Positions 38,450 through 49,720 of a DNA stretch of 64,000 nt are shown piece by piece. The position numbers and the translations under genes were made by a program. The DNA is from a virus (Duplodnaviria > Caudoviricetes), in IMG/VR virus record IMGVR_UViG_3300037067_003221, positions 32,001 through 96,000 of that record; one strand, 5' to 3'. The notes under the pieces were generated by a model. It was not told where the DNA came from and did not search any database. It saw nothing but the letters and a program-made list of their open reading frames with translations. Numbering within the stretch: the stretch's first letter is position 1; every line of letters starts with the position of its first letter.

Positions 38450-40023
38450 TCCTCAGTGACCTTAACTGGCCCCCGCTCCTCCATGAGTGAGATTAACGCT
38501 TCCAATGAACTACCCGTACAACGGGCGGCAAAGTTTGGTGTTGCTTCCACCATCACCCCGTTTTCAACAGTGGCGTGAACATCCATACGTGCGTTTTCCA
38601 AGTGCCATTTCTGAATCATCTGGTTTCCTCTAAAAGGTTTCATCAAGGTATTCTTCGACTAGCGAATCGTAAACAGCTTCTCCACAGGCGAGGCTTTCAA
38701 TGGCAAGTCGCAAAGCGAATTTGTCCAGAGTAAAGCCGTGCGATACAATCCACTTACGGTCGATTCGGCTACCACTTCTATGCCAGAAGCACAGAACCTC
38801 GGCATCCGTAATATCCACTTCGGGCGGTACGGGTGCTTCCCACGAATTATCGCGGTAACGCTGTGCCTTTTGGCCGGGCCGCACTTTGAAGGTTAAGTCA
38901 ACTTCAAAGCAGTTGCCCGTGTCATAGTCGGTAAGTTTTGCGTAAGTGTGACTCATATCTTAATTATACACTATTTTTCGGGGTTGTCAAATGGATTTTT
39001 AATAATTCCGGCTTGTTGCCGCCAAAAGCCAATCTCACGCAGCAATTCTTGACCATGATCGGCCTGAATCTGAGGCCACATGGCTGTGCCGCCAGGGTCA
39101 CACTGCAAACAAATCATCACTTGGCGACCGACGTTTGTGATTGCTTCGTCGCTGGCAAGCGGAAGCGAATCATGTATCAGTCCATAGTCTTTAATGTCCA
39201 TATTAAACTATACCACAGTTTTCTGACTTGTCAAGTGGAATTGCCACAGATTGTCCAAATAATCCTATACCCCTACCATTGACGGTTGGGTAGTACCATG
39301 TATGATTACGATTCTGGTACTGTATAGTGCCCAGAGTATTCACGCCAATTTTCAACTCGCGTATAAGGAACAACCCCACAATCGAGGAACAAGTCAAAAA
39401 ACGAACCACTTCATCGTTGATGATGAATTTGAATATGTACCCGGCAGCCGGTCGCCCACGTATATCCACGCCAATATCCATAATAGAATGTTCGCCCAGA
39501 TAAGTCACCGTCAGGGTTTTACCCCACGATTCATGGAGATTGTTGCCATTGTGCATCAAGTAATCCCCGCGATGGGGATTGTCAATCACTGAGTTACCGA
39601 CTGATAAATAGCGCATATTAGTCCAGGTGAAAAATGGCTTTGAGAGCCATGCCAAGTCCCGTGGCTACCGACATTGCAAATGCAACGCCAACGATTCCAA
39701 GCAGCCACTTGAAAATAATTTTGTAGTTGTCAATTACCGCAGTAATCAACAATCCTAACAACCCAAGAAACCCGATCAGAAACACTAACGCCGGGAATCC
39801 AATCTGCATACATTGAAAATAGTATTGCATTACAATGTTCTCCAAATCCAATCAGGCCAGCCAAGCATAATGTGAAATAGTTGATTGGATGTAAGTGTGT
39901 CGTGCCACAGGACGTGATTAAGTATCCGCGCGACAAAGTATCCCGTACCAAGGTAAAAGGCCGCTACCAGCCCCAAGCCAAAGGCACCACTAGCAAGTGC
40001 CTTGGCTATTTCTTTCAACTGGT

Positions 40024-40917
40024 TCATTTCGCCGGAACCTCGCCCATGTGAATCAAGGGAAGCGGGTTCGGGGAACTACCGTCAAGGAAATAAATCTTGG
40101 CGGCGGGGTCTTTGCTCATAGATTGCAACGCCTTCAACGCTTCAAGTTGAATAAACGCAGGGCTACCAGCAATCGCCTTGTTAATCTTTTCAATCTCATA
40201 CGCCTGTGCATCAGCCATCGTTCGCTTACGGGAAGCATCAGCTTCGGCAGACTTCTTTTCAGCCTCGGCCTTTACAACAACTTGCTCCTGTGCAGATCGA
40301 TACCGTTCAAGTTCGGCCTTCTGAGTTTCAACCTCCTGTGACCGCACCTTCTTAGCTTCAATCGCCTTAGTGATGTAGTCGGGCAGTTTCATATCACGAA
40401 TCAAAACGGAAGTAACATCGAGACCCTTGCTATCAAGCCGCTTTTGCAGCCCAATCAACAGTGAATCCTGAATCAACTTTTGTGTAGTATCCAGATAAAA
40501 ATCCTCGCACTTCTTAATACTCTTGCCATTCTCGCGGGCAAGCGAACGTAAGTTAGGAATCAAATGAACGGCCACAAGTTGTTCTTCGTTGCCGGTTTCC
40601 GTCAAAATCTTTGTCGCCAAAGCCTTCTTGACTCGATAGTTGACCGATACATCGACGATAGTGATCTGTTGATCTTCGGTGGGAATGCCAATTGCTTCTT
40701 TCACCGTCTTTTCACGGGCATCGAAGGTAGTCCACGAAAGCAGTGGATTGACAGGGAAGTGCATACCTTCATCGTAAACATCTTGCACCTTGCCAAACAA
40801 GGTCGCAACGGATACTTGACCAACAGGTACAGACTTCATGGAGCAACAGCCGCCAATCAAAACGAACAGGCCCAGAAATCCAGCCAAACACACGCCAACA
40901 ATTTTCTTCACGCTCAT
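40024..40917 (-). CDS. SPFH/band-7 (prohibitin-like) membrane protein
   Basis: N-terminal TM, FGKV..EGMHF.NP, VDVSVNYR, AIEAK and an Ala/Glu coiled coil. Confidence 0.9.
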   Translation of the reverse strand: MSVKKIVGVCLAGFLGLFVLIGGCCSMKSVPVGQVSVATLFGKVQDVYDEGMHFPVNPLLSWTTFDAREKTVKEAIGIPTEDQQITIVDVSVNYRVKKALATKILTETGNEEQLVAVHLIPNLRSLARENGKSIKKCEDFYLDTTQKLIQDSLLIGLQKRLDSKGLDVTSVLIRDMKLPDYITKAIEAKKVRSQEVETQKAELERYRSAQEQVVVKAEAEKKSAEADASRKRTMADAQAYEIEKINKAIAGSPAFIQLEALKALQSMSKDPAAKIYFLDGSSPNPLPLIHMGEVPAK

Positions 40918-41923
40918 TCTAACTCCTCTTGTTAATTTCCGGCCCGACCGTCGGGCCGCTTACCATCATTGTACTTGTAACACGCTAACTTTGCTTCCGC
41001 AATTTCTTCATGCGTTTTTAAGCGTCGGACTCGTACAAAGTCCATTCCGCCGAAAGACACAGATAATCGCGGCAACGCATTTAGTAGCAACCTAACATGC
41101 GGATAATTGCAATATATACGTATTGGTTGCCAGTTACTCGCAATCTTCGCTTCCAGTAGTAGTCTCGGTGTCCTGAACATTACGCAACTTCTCCGGGGCT
41201 TGCATTACAACATAGCCCCTTGTTTGTAAGGCAAGTGCCTCTTCTTCCGTGATTCGTTTCAAACGATAATCCCATTTCCACGTCTTATGCAATAACTCTA
41301 CGGCAACAAGGTGTTTTTGAATGTCACCTTGGAAAATTAGGTTAGTGTCTTGCCAGACACCACGTTTATGTTGCAGTAAGTATAGTAGTTGTGCTGTCAT
41401 TTTAACTCTACTCGATTGGGCATCCCGACTCTCGCAAGTTCCTCTTTCAGACGAAAATTCTCAATTTTCAAGAGTTCAATTTCTCGAACTTCGTTATTCA
41501 CCGATTGTTGCGCAATGGGTTCAAAATCCAACTTGCTTGCCAACCGGCCAGCGAGTTGCATTTCAAGATCGTCAAGTGGTCGTGTCAGCGAAATCTCAAA
41601 GAGATATTCGTACACGCGCTCACACTCTGCTCGCAATAATGTAATCATTGAAGTAGTTTCAATTTGTGCCTCAATTGTTCACACTCTTTATTTAATTCAT
41701 CGAGGCGTTTGTTGAGTTCTTTAATGGCATCCTGTTTCCATAATTCTAACAGACTTTGCACTTGTTCTTTGGTAATGTAGTAATAATTACTGGGTATATA
41801 AAACCAACAGCTTTGCCACTCAACATCACCTTTTGTGAACGATTCAGTCTTATTTTCGGAAATGCGGAGAATACAGCCGCCTGCATGATATAATTTATAT
41901 CCAATCATAAATCACCTTTCAAA

Positions 41924-42004
41924 ATGGGTAGCAAGGAATCGAACCTTGTCTGCAATAAAGCTGCTTGTTTACCACAAGCCGTGCGCACCATGCGCATCTA
42001 CCTA
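41924..42004 (-). tRNA. Degenerate tRNA-Tyr(GTA)-like gene (pseudo-tRNA)
   Basis: Same T arm as the Tyr tRNA (ACAAGGTTCGATTCCTTGC); loop TGGTAAA with G33; acceptor mismatch. Confidence 0.55.
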
Positions 42005-43689
42005 ACCCACGACATACGGGTATCCTGTCATGGCAGTAGCCGTTGTCAGCCTACTACGCATCAAGTTACAACAACTCTCCGAGTTTACTTAAAGAAGTTT
42101 TGAAACGCAATGGCGGAAATCAAACCAATAACCACGCCGATCATAATGTACACAGTTTGTTCCAAGGTTCTCGACTCTGGACTATTGGCCTTTTCAGGGG
42201 CAGCCGCTCCCACTGGCATAGGGCATACAGGAGCAACTTTGACAAGTCCAAGAGCAGATCGCCATTCAGGGGGCACATCCGTTGCCGCCACTTCCAGGCC
42301 CGTGCGTACAATGTCCACAACACTCAAAACACGGGCGGTGATCGAGCCAGGGTCATTGGCACGTTCTGGACCGCGACCGTAAGCCAGAATGTTCGTGGGG
42401 ACTCTACTACCATTCGCATTCACCTGCGTTTCTGTATCGATTGAAAAATAGCCGTTTTCGGTTTTGTAGTATTTCATTAGCAGTTGCTCTTAATTCGTTC
42501 GGACGGAACGTATTGTAAAGCATCCTCGAAAGCACCGATGTACGTGTTGTGTTTATCGGGTAAAAATACCCGAAACTTGTTGCTGCTCAAATAAAAATGC
42601 CGACCTTTCGGCCACCGAGAGATAGTGATAATCTCCGTATCGTAACGGTCGCCCCAGCGGATATTCTCAGATGTAACAGTATCGAGAATAATAGCGTCCT
42701 CCATGAACATCCAACCGCCGTTCATGTTAATAAGGACAGTCTTATTATCCTTCATTCGGTCGTGCATACTGCCCAACCATCGTTGGGCCTGTGTAATCGG
42801 ATTCCAAATCCGGCGAGTAGTTTCGTCTTTCTGCATGTGCGGGTCATGCTGGAAACGATGGAAATACATGGCCGTCACGCCTAAGTGAACCTCAAGCAAG
42901 GTGGCAATGTCATACGGAATCAATTGCAGATACCACCCCGTCAAGGTTGGTATCTTTTCGTGGCATTGAACTTTGTGGAAGGTATAGGTCATGCTACTCT
43001 CAGTCCCCATACGTCAGTAATCTCATTGACTACGTAATCTTCACCGTAAAGGTCCATAGCCTTTAACAGCCGGTCGGTTACAAAGCAAGCAAGAGTCGCA
43101 GTAAAGACGGACCTACCGCATAAGTCTGCACCCGGCCCGCCCTTGAATTTCACTAAAATCTGGCCGCATTTTTCTTCAACAAACTCGCTACAGTTGGCGA
43201 AGGTAGTAATGTTTTTCATGCCGGGTATTCCGACAACAATCATTCTATCCTCACCGAAACCTAACGCCTCCATCAATTCGGCGGCATCCCCGACGGACTT
43301 CCACCGGGACAAGGCTTCAAAGGCCAGCAGATAATTTTTGAGTTTATTGGTTTCCATATATAAACTATACCACAGTTTTGTGTCTTGTCAAGTAGAATTT
43401 CTCAGATTCTTTTAACGTGACCCCACAAAGGACTACCTCTGGCGAGGGTCCATTGGCATCTTCGATGAAAACCCTACGAATGTAAGTGTGCGGTTCCCCA
43501 CAATTAGGGGTCTTAGGGTCTAAGACCGTGTAGCCGACAATTCCTTTCACCTTCGGTTGCTTGTTTCGATTCTTGCACGGAAGAATCAATTCGCTGACCC
43601 CGGCAATCTCTCGAAGTCGTTTAAGCCATACAACCGATACTTCATACTCTAAACCGACTTGGGCCGGTCGAATGATAATGACATCTTCA

Positions 43690-43932
43690 TCACGCATTAG
43701 TTGAATCCTTTACTAAACCATATTTCGCAATGTATAGTACCCATTCGTCTAACTTGTGCCATGCGCCGCAAGCACACGGCCCAGAGATCATGTCGCAAGG
43801 TTCATTACAGGCATTATGGTACTTAGGCCAATGTTCAGGCCAGCCCATTAAATCATTCATATTAGCTCCAATTTGTCCAGGTCCATACTTCTCCGCATAC
43901 CGGGCATGTCCATGTTTCGTCCCAATGTTCAC
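43690..43932 (-). CDS. Small Cys/His protein (CDMxxGPCxCGxxH motif)
   Basis: PCDMISGPCACGAWH; the same motif occurs twice in 51407..51940. Confidence 0.55.
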   Translation of the reverse strand: MNIGTKHGHARYAEKYGPGQIGANMNDLMGWPEHWPKYHNACNEPCDMISGPCACGAWHKLDEWVLYIAKYGLVKDSTNA

Positions 43933-44291
43933 CGTATTCTAAATTTGCAACCGGCTCTGAATACGTGACCGGGGCATCATCCAAGCCATATAGATTTTCG
44001 CTATTCCAGCCGCAAGACGGACAGCACCAATCTGGTAAATCATTCATAGGGCCTCCAATGAATTAACCAATCCGGCCTTTCGATCTTTCAAAAGGCCAAC
44101 AAGAAACGCACTTAGTTGCGACTCTTCGCTTGCCGACATGCAGATCGACGTTTCATTAACTCCAACGCTCACATGAATGATGCTTCGCTGACAGTTAAAA
44201 ATCAAATCGTCGATGCGTTTAATATCCTCTCGCAATCCGGTTGCCTTTGAAACAAGCGTTTGCAATTCGAGGAACTTATCGTTTGTCATAA

Positions 44292-44684
44292 TTATGCTCC
44301 AATTGCGCTGGCAAATTTGTCAAGGTGGCATCGCACTAAAATATCCTCCGTAATTGCTTCCGCAACTAAGTGTACTAAACGTCTGAATAGTTTCACCTTA
44401 TCGGAGATTAGTTCACGTCGATCTGTGGTTAATTCAATCTCATACTTCTTGCCGTTCAACATGAACCCGACAAAAATTCTCTTCTCGCCGAAGGTGTCAT
44501 TGACTTCCACGATTACGCCGGTTATTACATTGTCTGCATCGACTTGAGAAATTACTAGACTTCTTAGCAGTTTCTCTCGCATTTCATCGGCTAAACGAAT
44601 TGAATCATCCGTCGGTGCCCGATGTTCATTGATGTTGATCGTTGAAGGGAACGATGCAGCTTTGTGAATGTACGTGTTAAACAT
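44292..44684 (-). CDS. Hypothetical protein
   Basis: GAGG RBS before MFNTYIHK. Confidence 0.6.
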   Translation of the reverse strand: MFNTYIHKAASFPSTININEHRAPTDDSIRLADEMREKLLRSLVISQVDADNVITGVIVEVNDTFGEKRIFVGFMLNGKKYEIELTTDRRELISDKVKLFRRLVHLVAEAITEDILVRCHLDKFASAIGA

Positions 44685-44710
44685 TGTGCGTCCTCTTGTT
44701 AATTGTAAAG

Positions 44711-44783
44711 TGGCAGGGGCGGGAATCGAACCCGCGACCTCAAGGTTATGAGCCTTGCAAGCTACCGTCTGCTCCACCCTGCT
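44711..44783 (-). tRNA. tRNA-Met(CAT), initiator-like
   Basis: CAAGG-CTCATAA-CCTTG; unpaired 1:72 and GGAGCAG D arm as in fMet tRNAs. Confidence 0.88.
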
Positions 44784-45008
44784 ATATTCGCCTATCAATC
44801 ATTTTCATGTGCCATATTGAATATCGTCCACATAACTAATTTTTCTTGGGGTGTCATCGGATAAAGAACTTCATCAATTTTGTCTTGCCACTCGATGATC
44901 TTATCTATAAAAATAAAACCAATCACGCTACAAAAACAAACCCAAAATAAAATAGCATTTAGGATACTCAAGCATCTAAACCAAAATCTTTTCATCGTAA
45001 TCTCCTAG

Positions 45009-45082
45009 TGGGCCGGGTAGGAATTGAACCTACGCTAACGCGGATTTTCAGTCCGCTGCTCTACCTGCTGAGCTACCGGCCC
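45009..45082 (-). tRNA. tRNA-Phe(GAA)
   Basis: GCGGA-CTGAAAA-TCCGC. Confidence 0.92.
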
Positions 45083-45086
45083 GGAG

Positions 45087-45162
45087 TCGGAATAGAGGGA
45101 ATCGAACCCACGGCCTCATGGTCCCAAACCACGCGCTCTGAACCTAGCTGAGCTATATTCCG
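45087..45162 (-). tRNA. tRNA-Pro(TGG)
   Basis: Acceptor CGGAATA/TATTCCG; CGTGG-TTTGGGA-CCATG. Confidence 0.92.
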
Positions 45163-45169
45163 ATCTACA

Positions 45170-45721
45170 CTAATCTGCCGTGATAATAGCGGCATACCAA
45201 ACTCCGTTCGTACCCATTGCCATATCGGCACCGAAAAACTTATGCTTGACGCTTGCTACCGACCAGTGGCCGGGAGATTGTCGCCAACACACAAACATTT
45301 CTTTCCCTAATGCGTCCATAGCAAAATCCTTTTGCCACGGCCACGATTCGGCAGCAATCTCCGCAAACTGGAAATTGCCCATCGTCTGGCGCAATTCCTC
45401 GCAACGTGCTTGGAACATCTGGTGGCCTTGTGTGCGTCGGTCGGCCTGATACTTGGCGTGACGGGTTGCCATAGCCATAAGCGCAGGGTGCCGTTCGGAC
45501 AGACATACCTGCGCGCCAGGGAAAATCAACCCTGCGCTAATTAGGCCCTCAGCCGTCAAACCAACAGGCGTGACAATAGGCGACACCGGCCCGATAATAT
45601 CGTAGTCGGGCACTGTGGGTTTCACTGTCATCTTGCAGTATGGGCACGGCGTAATGCCTAAAAATGAAGGGTACGTCTTGCCACACACTCCGCATGTAAC
45701 TTGTTTCTTGAACCAGCCCAT
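45170..45721 (-). CDS. CAP/SCP-domain protein with N-terminal zinc ribbon
   Basis: ATRHAKYQA..GH..EIAAE..WRQSPGH. Confidence 0.7.
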   Translation of the reverse strand: MGWFKKQVTCGVCGKTYPSFLGITPCPYCKMTVKPTVPDYDIIGPVSPIVTPVGLTAEGLISAGLIFPGAQVCLSERHPALMAMATRHAKYQADRRTQGHQMFQARCEELRQTMGNFQFAEIAAESWPWQKDFAMDALGKEMFVCWRQSPGHWSVASVKHKFFGADMAMGTNGVWYAAIITAD

Positions 45722-46467
45722 TAGATTAAGTTGAACCTTTCCAAAACGTCTTGATACGATTCCTTCCAACGAATAAGCGGCTCGTTCCTAAGCTGCTTGT
45801 ACAAGTCGATGATCTTATCGTCGGTTTGTCCGCGATAGATTCGTTCCAATTCAGCCGGGTCAATGCCCGAACAACGATCTTCAATTCGATTCATTTTTCC
45901 AATCCAAAATGAATCGGAAATTAACGGCTTCAACGTGTGGAATAGTTGAACAACTTTCGACGTATCCAAACACGGTTCACAAGAAATACTTGTCTTGAAA
46001 CCGAGCATAAAGGAATGCGCTAACGAGTTATATCGTTCCTCGAAACAAGGCGCACCTGGTTCCCAGTAGCCAAGAATCCTATCGCTGTACGAACCAATAC
46101 TGAATCGAAACAGCATCTTGTCCTTGAACTTCTCGGTGACTTTGCAAATATCTTTGATGCAGTCAAAGTGAGGTTTGCTAACAACAAGTACCTCATTGCC
46201 AACTTCCAACAACCCCGTCAAGGTGCTAAGGCAGTGGTCCAAGTTCTCCGGCGTAATATCGTGTTGCGTCGGGAACATGACTACGCCATTGTACTTACGA
46301 ATGTTGGGCCGAATATCTACAGTATTCGTCCAAGTATCGAGAGTGGCAACACCACGTTGTACGGCGGTTGCCCTCGCATAGCAATATCGGCAATTATGTT
46401 TGCAGCCCCGCGAACAATTCACGGAACTATCGGACCACTCACGGGTTCCTGTTTTACGTTTAGCCAC
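45721..46467 (-). CDS. Radical SAM-like protein (gp37gp68/DUF5131-like)
   Basis: GCKHNCRYCYA and ISCEP. Confidence 0.75.
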   Translation of the reverse strand: MAKRKTGTREWSDSSVNCSRGCKHNCRYCYARATAVQRGVATLDTWTNTVDIRPNIRKYNGVVMFPTQHDITPENLDHCLSTLTGLLEVGNEVLVVSKPHFDCIKDICKVTEKFKDKMLFRFSIGSYSDRILGYWEPGAPCFEERYNSLAHSFMLGFKTSISCEPCLDTSKVVQLFHTLKPLISDSFWIGKMNRIEDRCSGIDPAELERIYRGQTDDKIIDLYKQLRNEPLIRWKESYQDVLERFNLI

Positions 46468-47284
46468 GTTGCACCTTAATAGTTAAAGAAGATCGATTCT
46501 AACATGCTTCAAGTTTGCAGAAGCATCGTCGTTAGCAATGATAACCCAGGTATAATCCTTGATTTCATACGTTGTATAGTTGATCTGAACAAGATCACAT
46601 TCCCCAGGCAAATCCGGGGCTTCAAGTTCCGCTAGTAAAGTACCCTCAGCATAAAACAAAAGTAAAAACTTGTTCATCTTATAACCTTAATGGATTGAGT
46701 AGTTTTGCTTTGTGCAACCCATACAGCATTTGCTGGCAGCAAGTTCCAACTGTGTGGGCTAGTGTTTCGTTATCACCTTGATAACTGTCTCGTTTCGGTA
46801 AATTGCGGGGACACATTCGACGTACATAGTTTATTGCGGCATGGGTGGCTTCATGCGTCACTGTTTCTGAATCAAGTTGATTCATACTCAGGAAAATGTA
46901 GCCCATATCCGGCAATAAAATCCATTTACGTCCGTTCCATTGCGTCTTGTTGATTCCCATTTCACAGCCGCCGAAACGCGGTTTGATCTTCGTCAAACAA
47001 TTAGCTTTACGTATGCGGCTGAATCCACGCCACATGGCACTACGAGTTTTGTAAATACGAACTTCGTAGAACGATTCACATTCTGTCGCCATGTAATTGT
47101 TAAGGCCGGGATGTATGCGAAACGTAATCATTGGTCCGACCTAATTTGTTTGTTCTCGGCCTCTTTCTCAGCGGCCTTCTCGTTGATTTTTTGCAACCTC
47201 TTGTTGAGTTTTCGCATCCTCTTCGAGTTGCGATAGTCTGGTTTATAGCCGTAGTCTGCGTTTTTCTTGAATGTCCTACCCATG

Positions 47285-47629
47285 CTACCACCTTACTGCA
47301 ACTTTCGGGCCAAACGCCTGTTTAATTAGTTCTTCGTGAGCTACGTGATACATTACTTTGTCAAGTGTAAAGGTAGTCATTGAACCTGTTGCCCATATCG
47401 CGTGTCCCGGTGGCCCGCCACTAAATTGGACTGGTCCAATATCGTCACACGCATCGAGTTGTCCGCAACCATCAAAAATATCCCGTGGATTCGTTCTATT
47501 GAACTTCTGTTCACGGGGGTTCCAAATCAACACAATATCGTCAAGTGCATCGAGGGAAGATAAAAACGCCCATGCCTCACCGACTTTTAGGTTCCGAAAA
47601 CTATGTAGATAAAATTCCAGGTTTTTCAT
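47285..47629 (-). CDS. GGPP-motif paralog 7
   Basis: VQFSGGPPGHAIWATGSM. Confidence 0.7.
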   Translation of the reverse strand: MKNLEFYLHSFRNLKVGEAWAFLSSLDALDDIVLIWNPREQKFNRTNPRDIFDGCGQLDACDDIGPVQFSGGPPGHAIWATGSMTTFTLDKVMYHVAHEELIKQAFGPKVAVRW

Positions 47630-47957
47630 TTTGAATCATCTTGATTACTGTCGTTACTTTCTTTCTTTCGCCAGCGTAATAAGCCGACAAAAATCGATCC
47701 ATCAACAGTTGTGTCAAACTTCCTTCGTACAAGCCGGGTTTACTCGGCGGGCCACCAGCAAATCGCACAGTGATTGAGTCAGCCGAGTCATAATAAATAT
47801 CGGCCATGTCATAAACATCAATTATAGGTGTCCAGAAACCAGCAATGCAAATCATTTGATGCGTTTCATTAAACACATTGCAAAGGGTATCTAGCACTTC
47901 GCCAGCAGTCCAATCCTTAAAAAGGGACACTACTAATTGAAAGTCGATCTTCTTCAT
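47601..47957 (-). CDS. GGPP-motif paralog 6
   Basis: VRFAGGPPSKPGLYEGSL. Confidence 0.7.
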   Translation of the reverse strand: MKKIDFQLVVSLFKDWTAGEVLDTLCNVFNETHQMICIAGFWTPIIDVYDMADIYYDSADSITVRFAGGPPSKPGLYEGSLTQLLMDRFLSAYYAGERKKVTTVIKMIQNEKPGILST

Positions 47958-48315
47958 CGTCTGTTCGCCCTTCCACCATTTCAACGTAATGGCCTTTTGT
48001 TGCCCAGTCGTATAGTACCGAGTCGCAAAGCATTGTCAACAAGGTTCCCGTAAAATGTGTTCTACGTGTCGGCGGGCCACCCCAAAATTCTATCGGGCCA
48101 AAATCCTCCGGGGATAATTGCTCCAAGTGAGTGGCCGTTAGCAATGATCTAACGTCACGCCGGGTGCCTGACTTGACGAACGTAATTGTTGACTGACCTT
48201 TACCAAACTCTTCGCAGAGTAGGTTGACAGTCTCAGCCGCCGTGATACCAGCCACATAATCTCTTATGCGGGCATCAATTGCTGGTGGTTTCGGTGATTT
48301 TATTCGGGGTGTCAT
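47917..48315 (-). CDS. GGPP-motif paralog 5
   Basis: IEFWGGPPTRRTHFTGTL. Confidence 0.7.
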   Translation of the reverse strand: MTPRIKSPKPPAIDARIRDYVAGITAAETVNLLCEEFGKGQSTITFVKSGTRRDVRSLLTATHLEQLSPEDFGPIEFWGGPPTRRTHFTGTLLTMLCDSVLYDWATKGHYVEMVEGRTDDEEDRLSISSVPF

Positions 48316-48619
48316 AAATTGAACGTGTCATTAAACGGTCGATTAACATGGTTATCAAGGTGCCTTTATACACTGCCTCATGTCGGGGCGGGCCACCAAA
48401 AAACTTCACATGAATGTACCTAGCCATCGACCGATGTACAGGTTGCGACAGTAACGCTTCTATTTCATACCATCGACCACCCAGAACCTCGACTGCACAG
48501 GTATTATGTTGGCATCCAATATCATCCAGTCTTTCGGCAACCTCGGCAACCGTTAAGCCGCCAAAGCTGCGATACATCTGATTGATCGAGTAATCCAGCC
48601 AAATGGGGTCAAGTTTCAT
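48275..48619 (-). CDS. GGPP-motif paralog 4
   Basis: VKFFGGPPRHEAVYKGTL. Confidence 0.7.
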   Translation of the reverse strand: MKLDPIWLDYSINQMYRSFGGLTVAEVAERLDDIGCQHNTCAVEVLGGRWYEIEALLSQPVHRSMARYIHVKFFGGPPRHEAVYKGTLITMLIDRLMTRSIYDTPNKITETTSN

Positions 48620-48978
48620 ACGGTAATCACCCCGCCCAACTTACGCTTCCGCACACCCAGAGCCATACGAGTTTTGGTAAACCCGTCTATCTGAATGCGA
48701 GAGGCAATACAATCCAGCAAATAGCTTATGAGTGTTCCTCGATACCACTTACCGTGGCCGACAGGTCCACCATAAAACGAAACCTTGACTCTTTCGGCAG
48801 GCATGTTCCAAGCCGTGGCCGCATAAATCGAATCGACAGTAGTTGGGATGCTGTACTCGTCGTTAATCAACGTGTCGCCGTGTTGCAACTTGCCAATTAG
48901 TTCGTGTACGCATTCCATATCGAGTGGCTTAAAATGGCCGAGCAGCGATTCAGCTTGTGCCAGAAAATTCTTCTTCAT
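48616..48978 (-). CDS. GGPP-motif paralog 3
   Basis: VSFYGGPVGHGKWYRGTL. Confidence 0.7.
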   Translation of the reverse strand: MKKNFLAQAESLLGHFKPLDMECVHELIGKLQHGDTLINDEYSIPTTVDSIYAATAWNMPAERVKVSFYGGPVGHGKWYRGTLISYLLDCIASRIQIDGFTKTRMALGVRKRKLGGVITV

Positions 48979-49324
48979 GTTCAAGGCTTTCAAGGTTCAA
49001 AAATCGGCTATAAATAGCCCAGTTATTATCGCAAGTTGTGTTCATAATCTTGTCACACAACGCAGTCAACAAAGTGCCGGGGAAGAATCCCTTATTGTCG
49101 GGAGGCCCGCCCCAAAACTTTACATAGCAATTCTTCGCGGGGGCATCGGACATGCCATCACATTCGGCCAACAATCGTCCAACTGTGGTTACAATCCCGG
49201 CAAAGACAATCAAATCTTCTCGCCCGCCGAAGGTATAAATCAAGAAGTTCACCGCCCGCCTACAATTTAGGTACGAGAGGCTTTCTTGAAGGCGAACGTG
49301 ATTGCTTTTAGGGCGTATTACCAT
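48950..49324 (-). CDS. GGPP-motif paralog 2 (frame stays open to 49678)
   Basis: VKFWGGPPDNKGFFPGTL. Confidence 0.65.
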   Translation of the reverse strand: MVIRPKSNHVRLQESLSYLNCRRAVNFLIYTFGGREDLIVFAGIVTTVGRLLAECDGMSDAPAKNCYVKFWGGPPDNKGFFPGTLLTALCDKIMNTTCDNNWAIYSRFLNLESLEHEEEFSGTS

Positions 49325-49656
49325 AGTGTCAGTTGTGGTGAGACTTGGATATAAGTCGCCAAACTCTCTAAGTTGTGCGTCAGTAAATAGTTCAATACTC
49401 TGTCCTCCACTAGCCGCGCTAGTGTACCCCTGTAGTATTTGCGTCGTGGCGGTGGGCCTCCCCAGAACAAAAATGTTCCCGTTTGGCTGCACGACAGTAT
49501 ATTCACTTCGTCCTGTTTCACCCAATCCTTCACGGATATTCGTCGCCCGTCCATTAGTACGCCCACATACTCGTCGCCCAACGCCCTTATAAGGGCGTAT
49601 GCGGCGGGGGCGGTTAGTGATTGGAGTTTCGTCGTTAGGAAGGGTGATAGTTTCAT
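49318..49656 (-). CDS. GGPP-motif paralog 1
   Basis: FLFWGGPPPRRKYYRGTL. Confidence 0.7.
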   Translation of the reverse strand: MKLSPFLTTKLQSLTAPAAYALIRALGDEYVGVLMDGRRISVKDWVKQDEVNILSCSQTGTFLFWGGPPPRRKYYRGTLARLVEDRVLNYLLTHNLESLATYIQVSPQLTLW

Positions 49657-49720
49657 GGCTAAGGAATAATCGGCTCATAATTAAACTATACCATACCTTT
49701 CCAGGTTGTCAAGTAGAATT

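Noticed and set aside
44685-44798. N-terminal extension of ORF 44292..44798 (also ORFs 17314..17661, 37474..37827 5' part, 61419..61625)
   Set aside because: These overlap tRNA or ncRNA genes; internal ATGs with an RBS are the better starts, or the ORF is spurious
47285-49656. Diversity-generating retroelement behind the GGPP or Cys-repeat variation
   Set aside because: No reverse transcriptase and no near-identical template/variable repeat pair differing only at adenines
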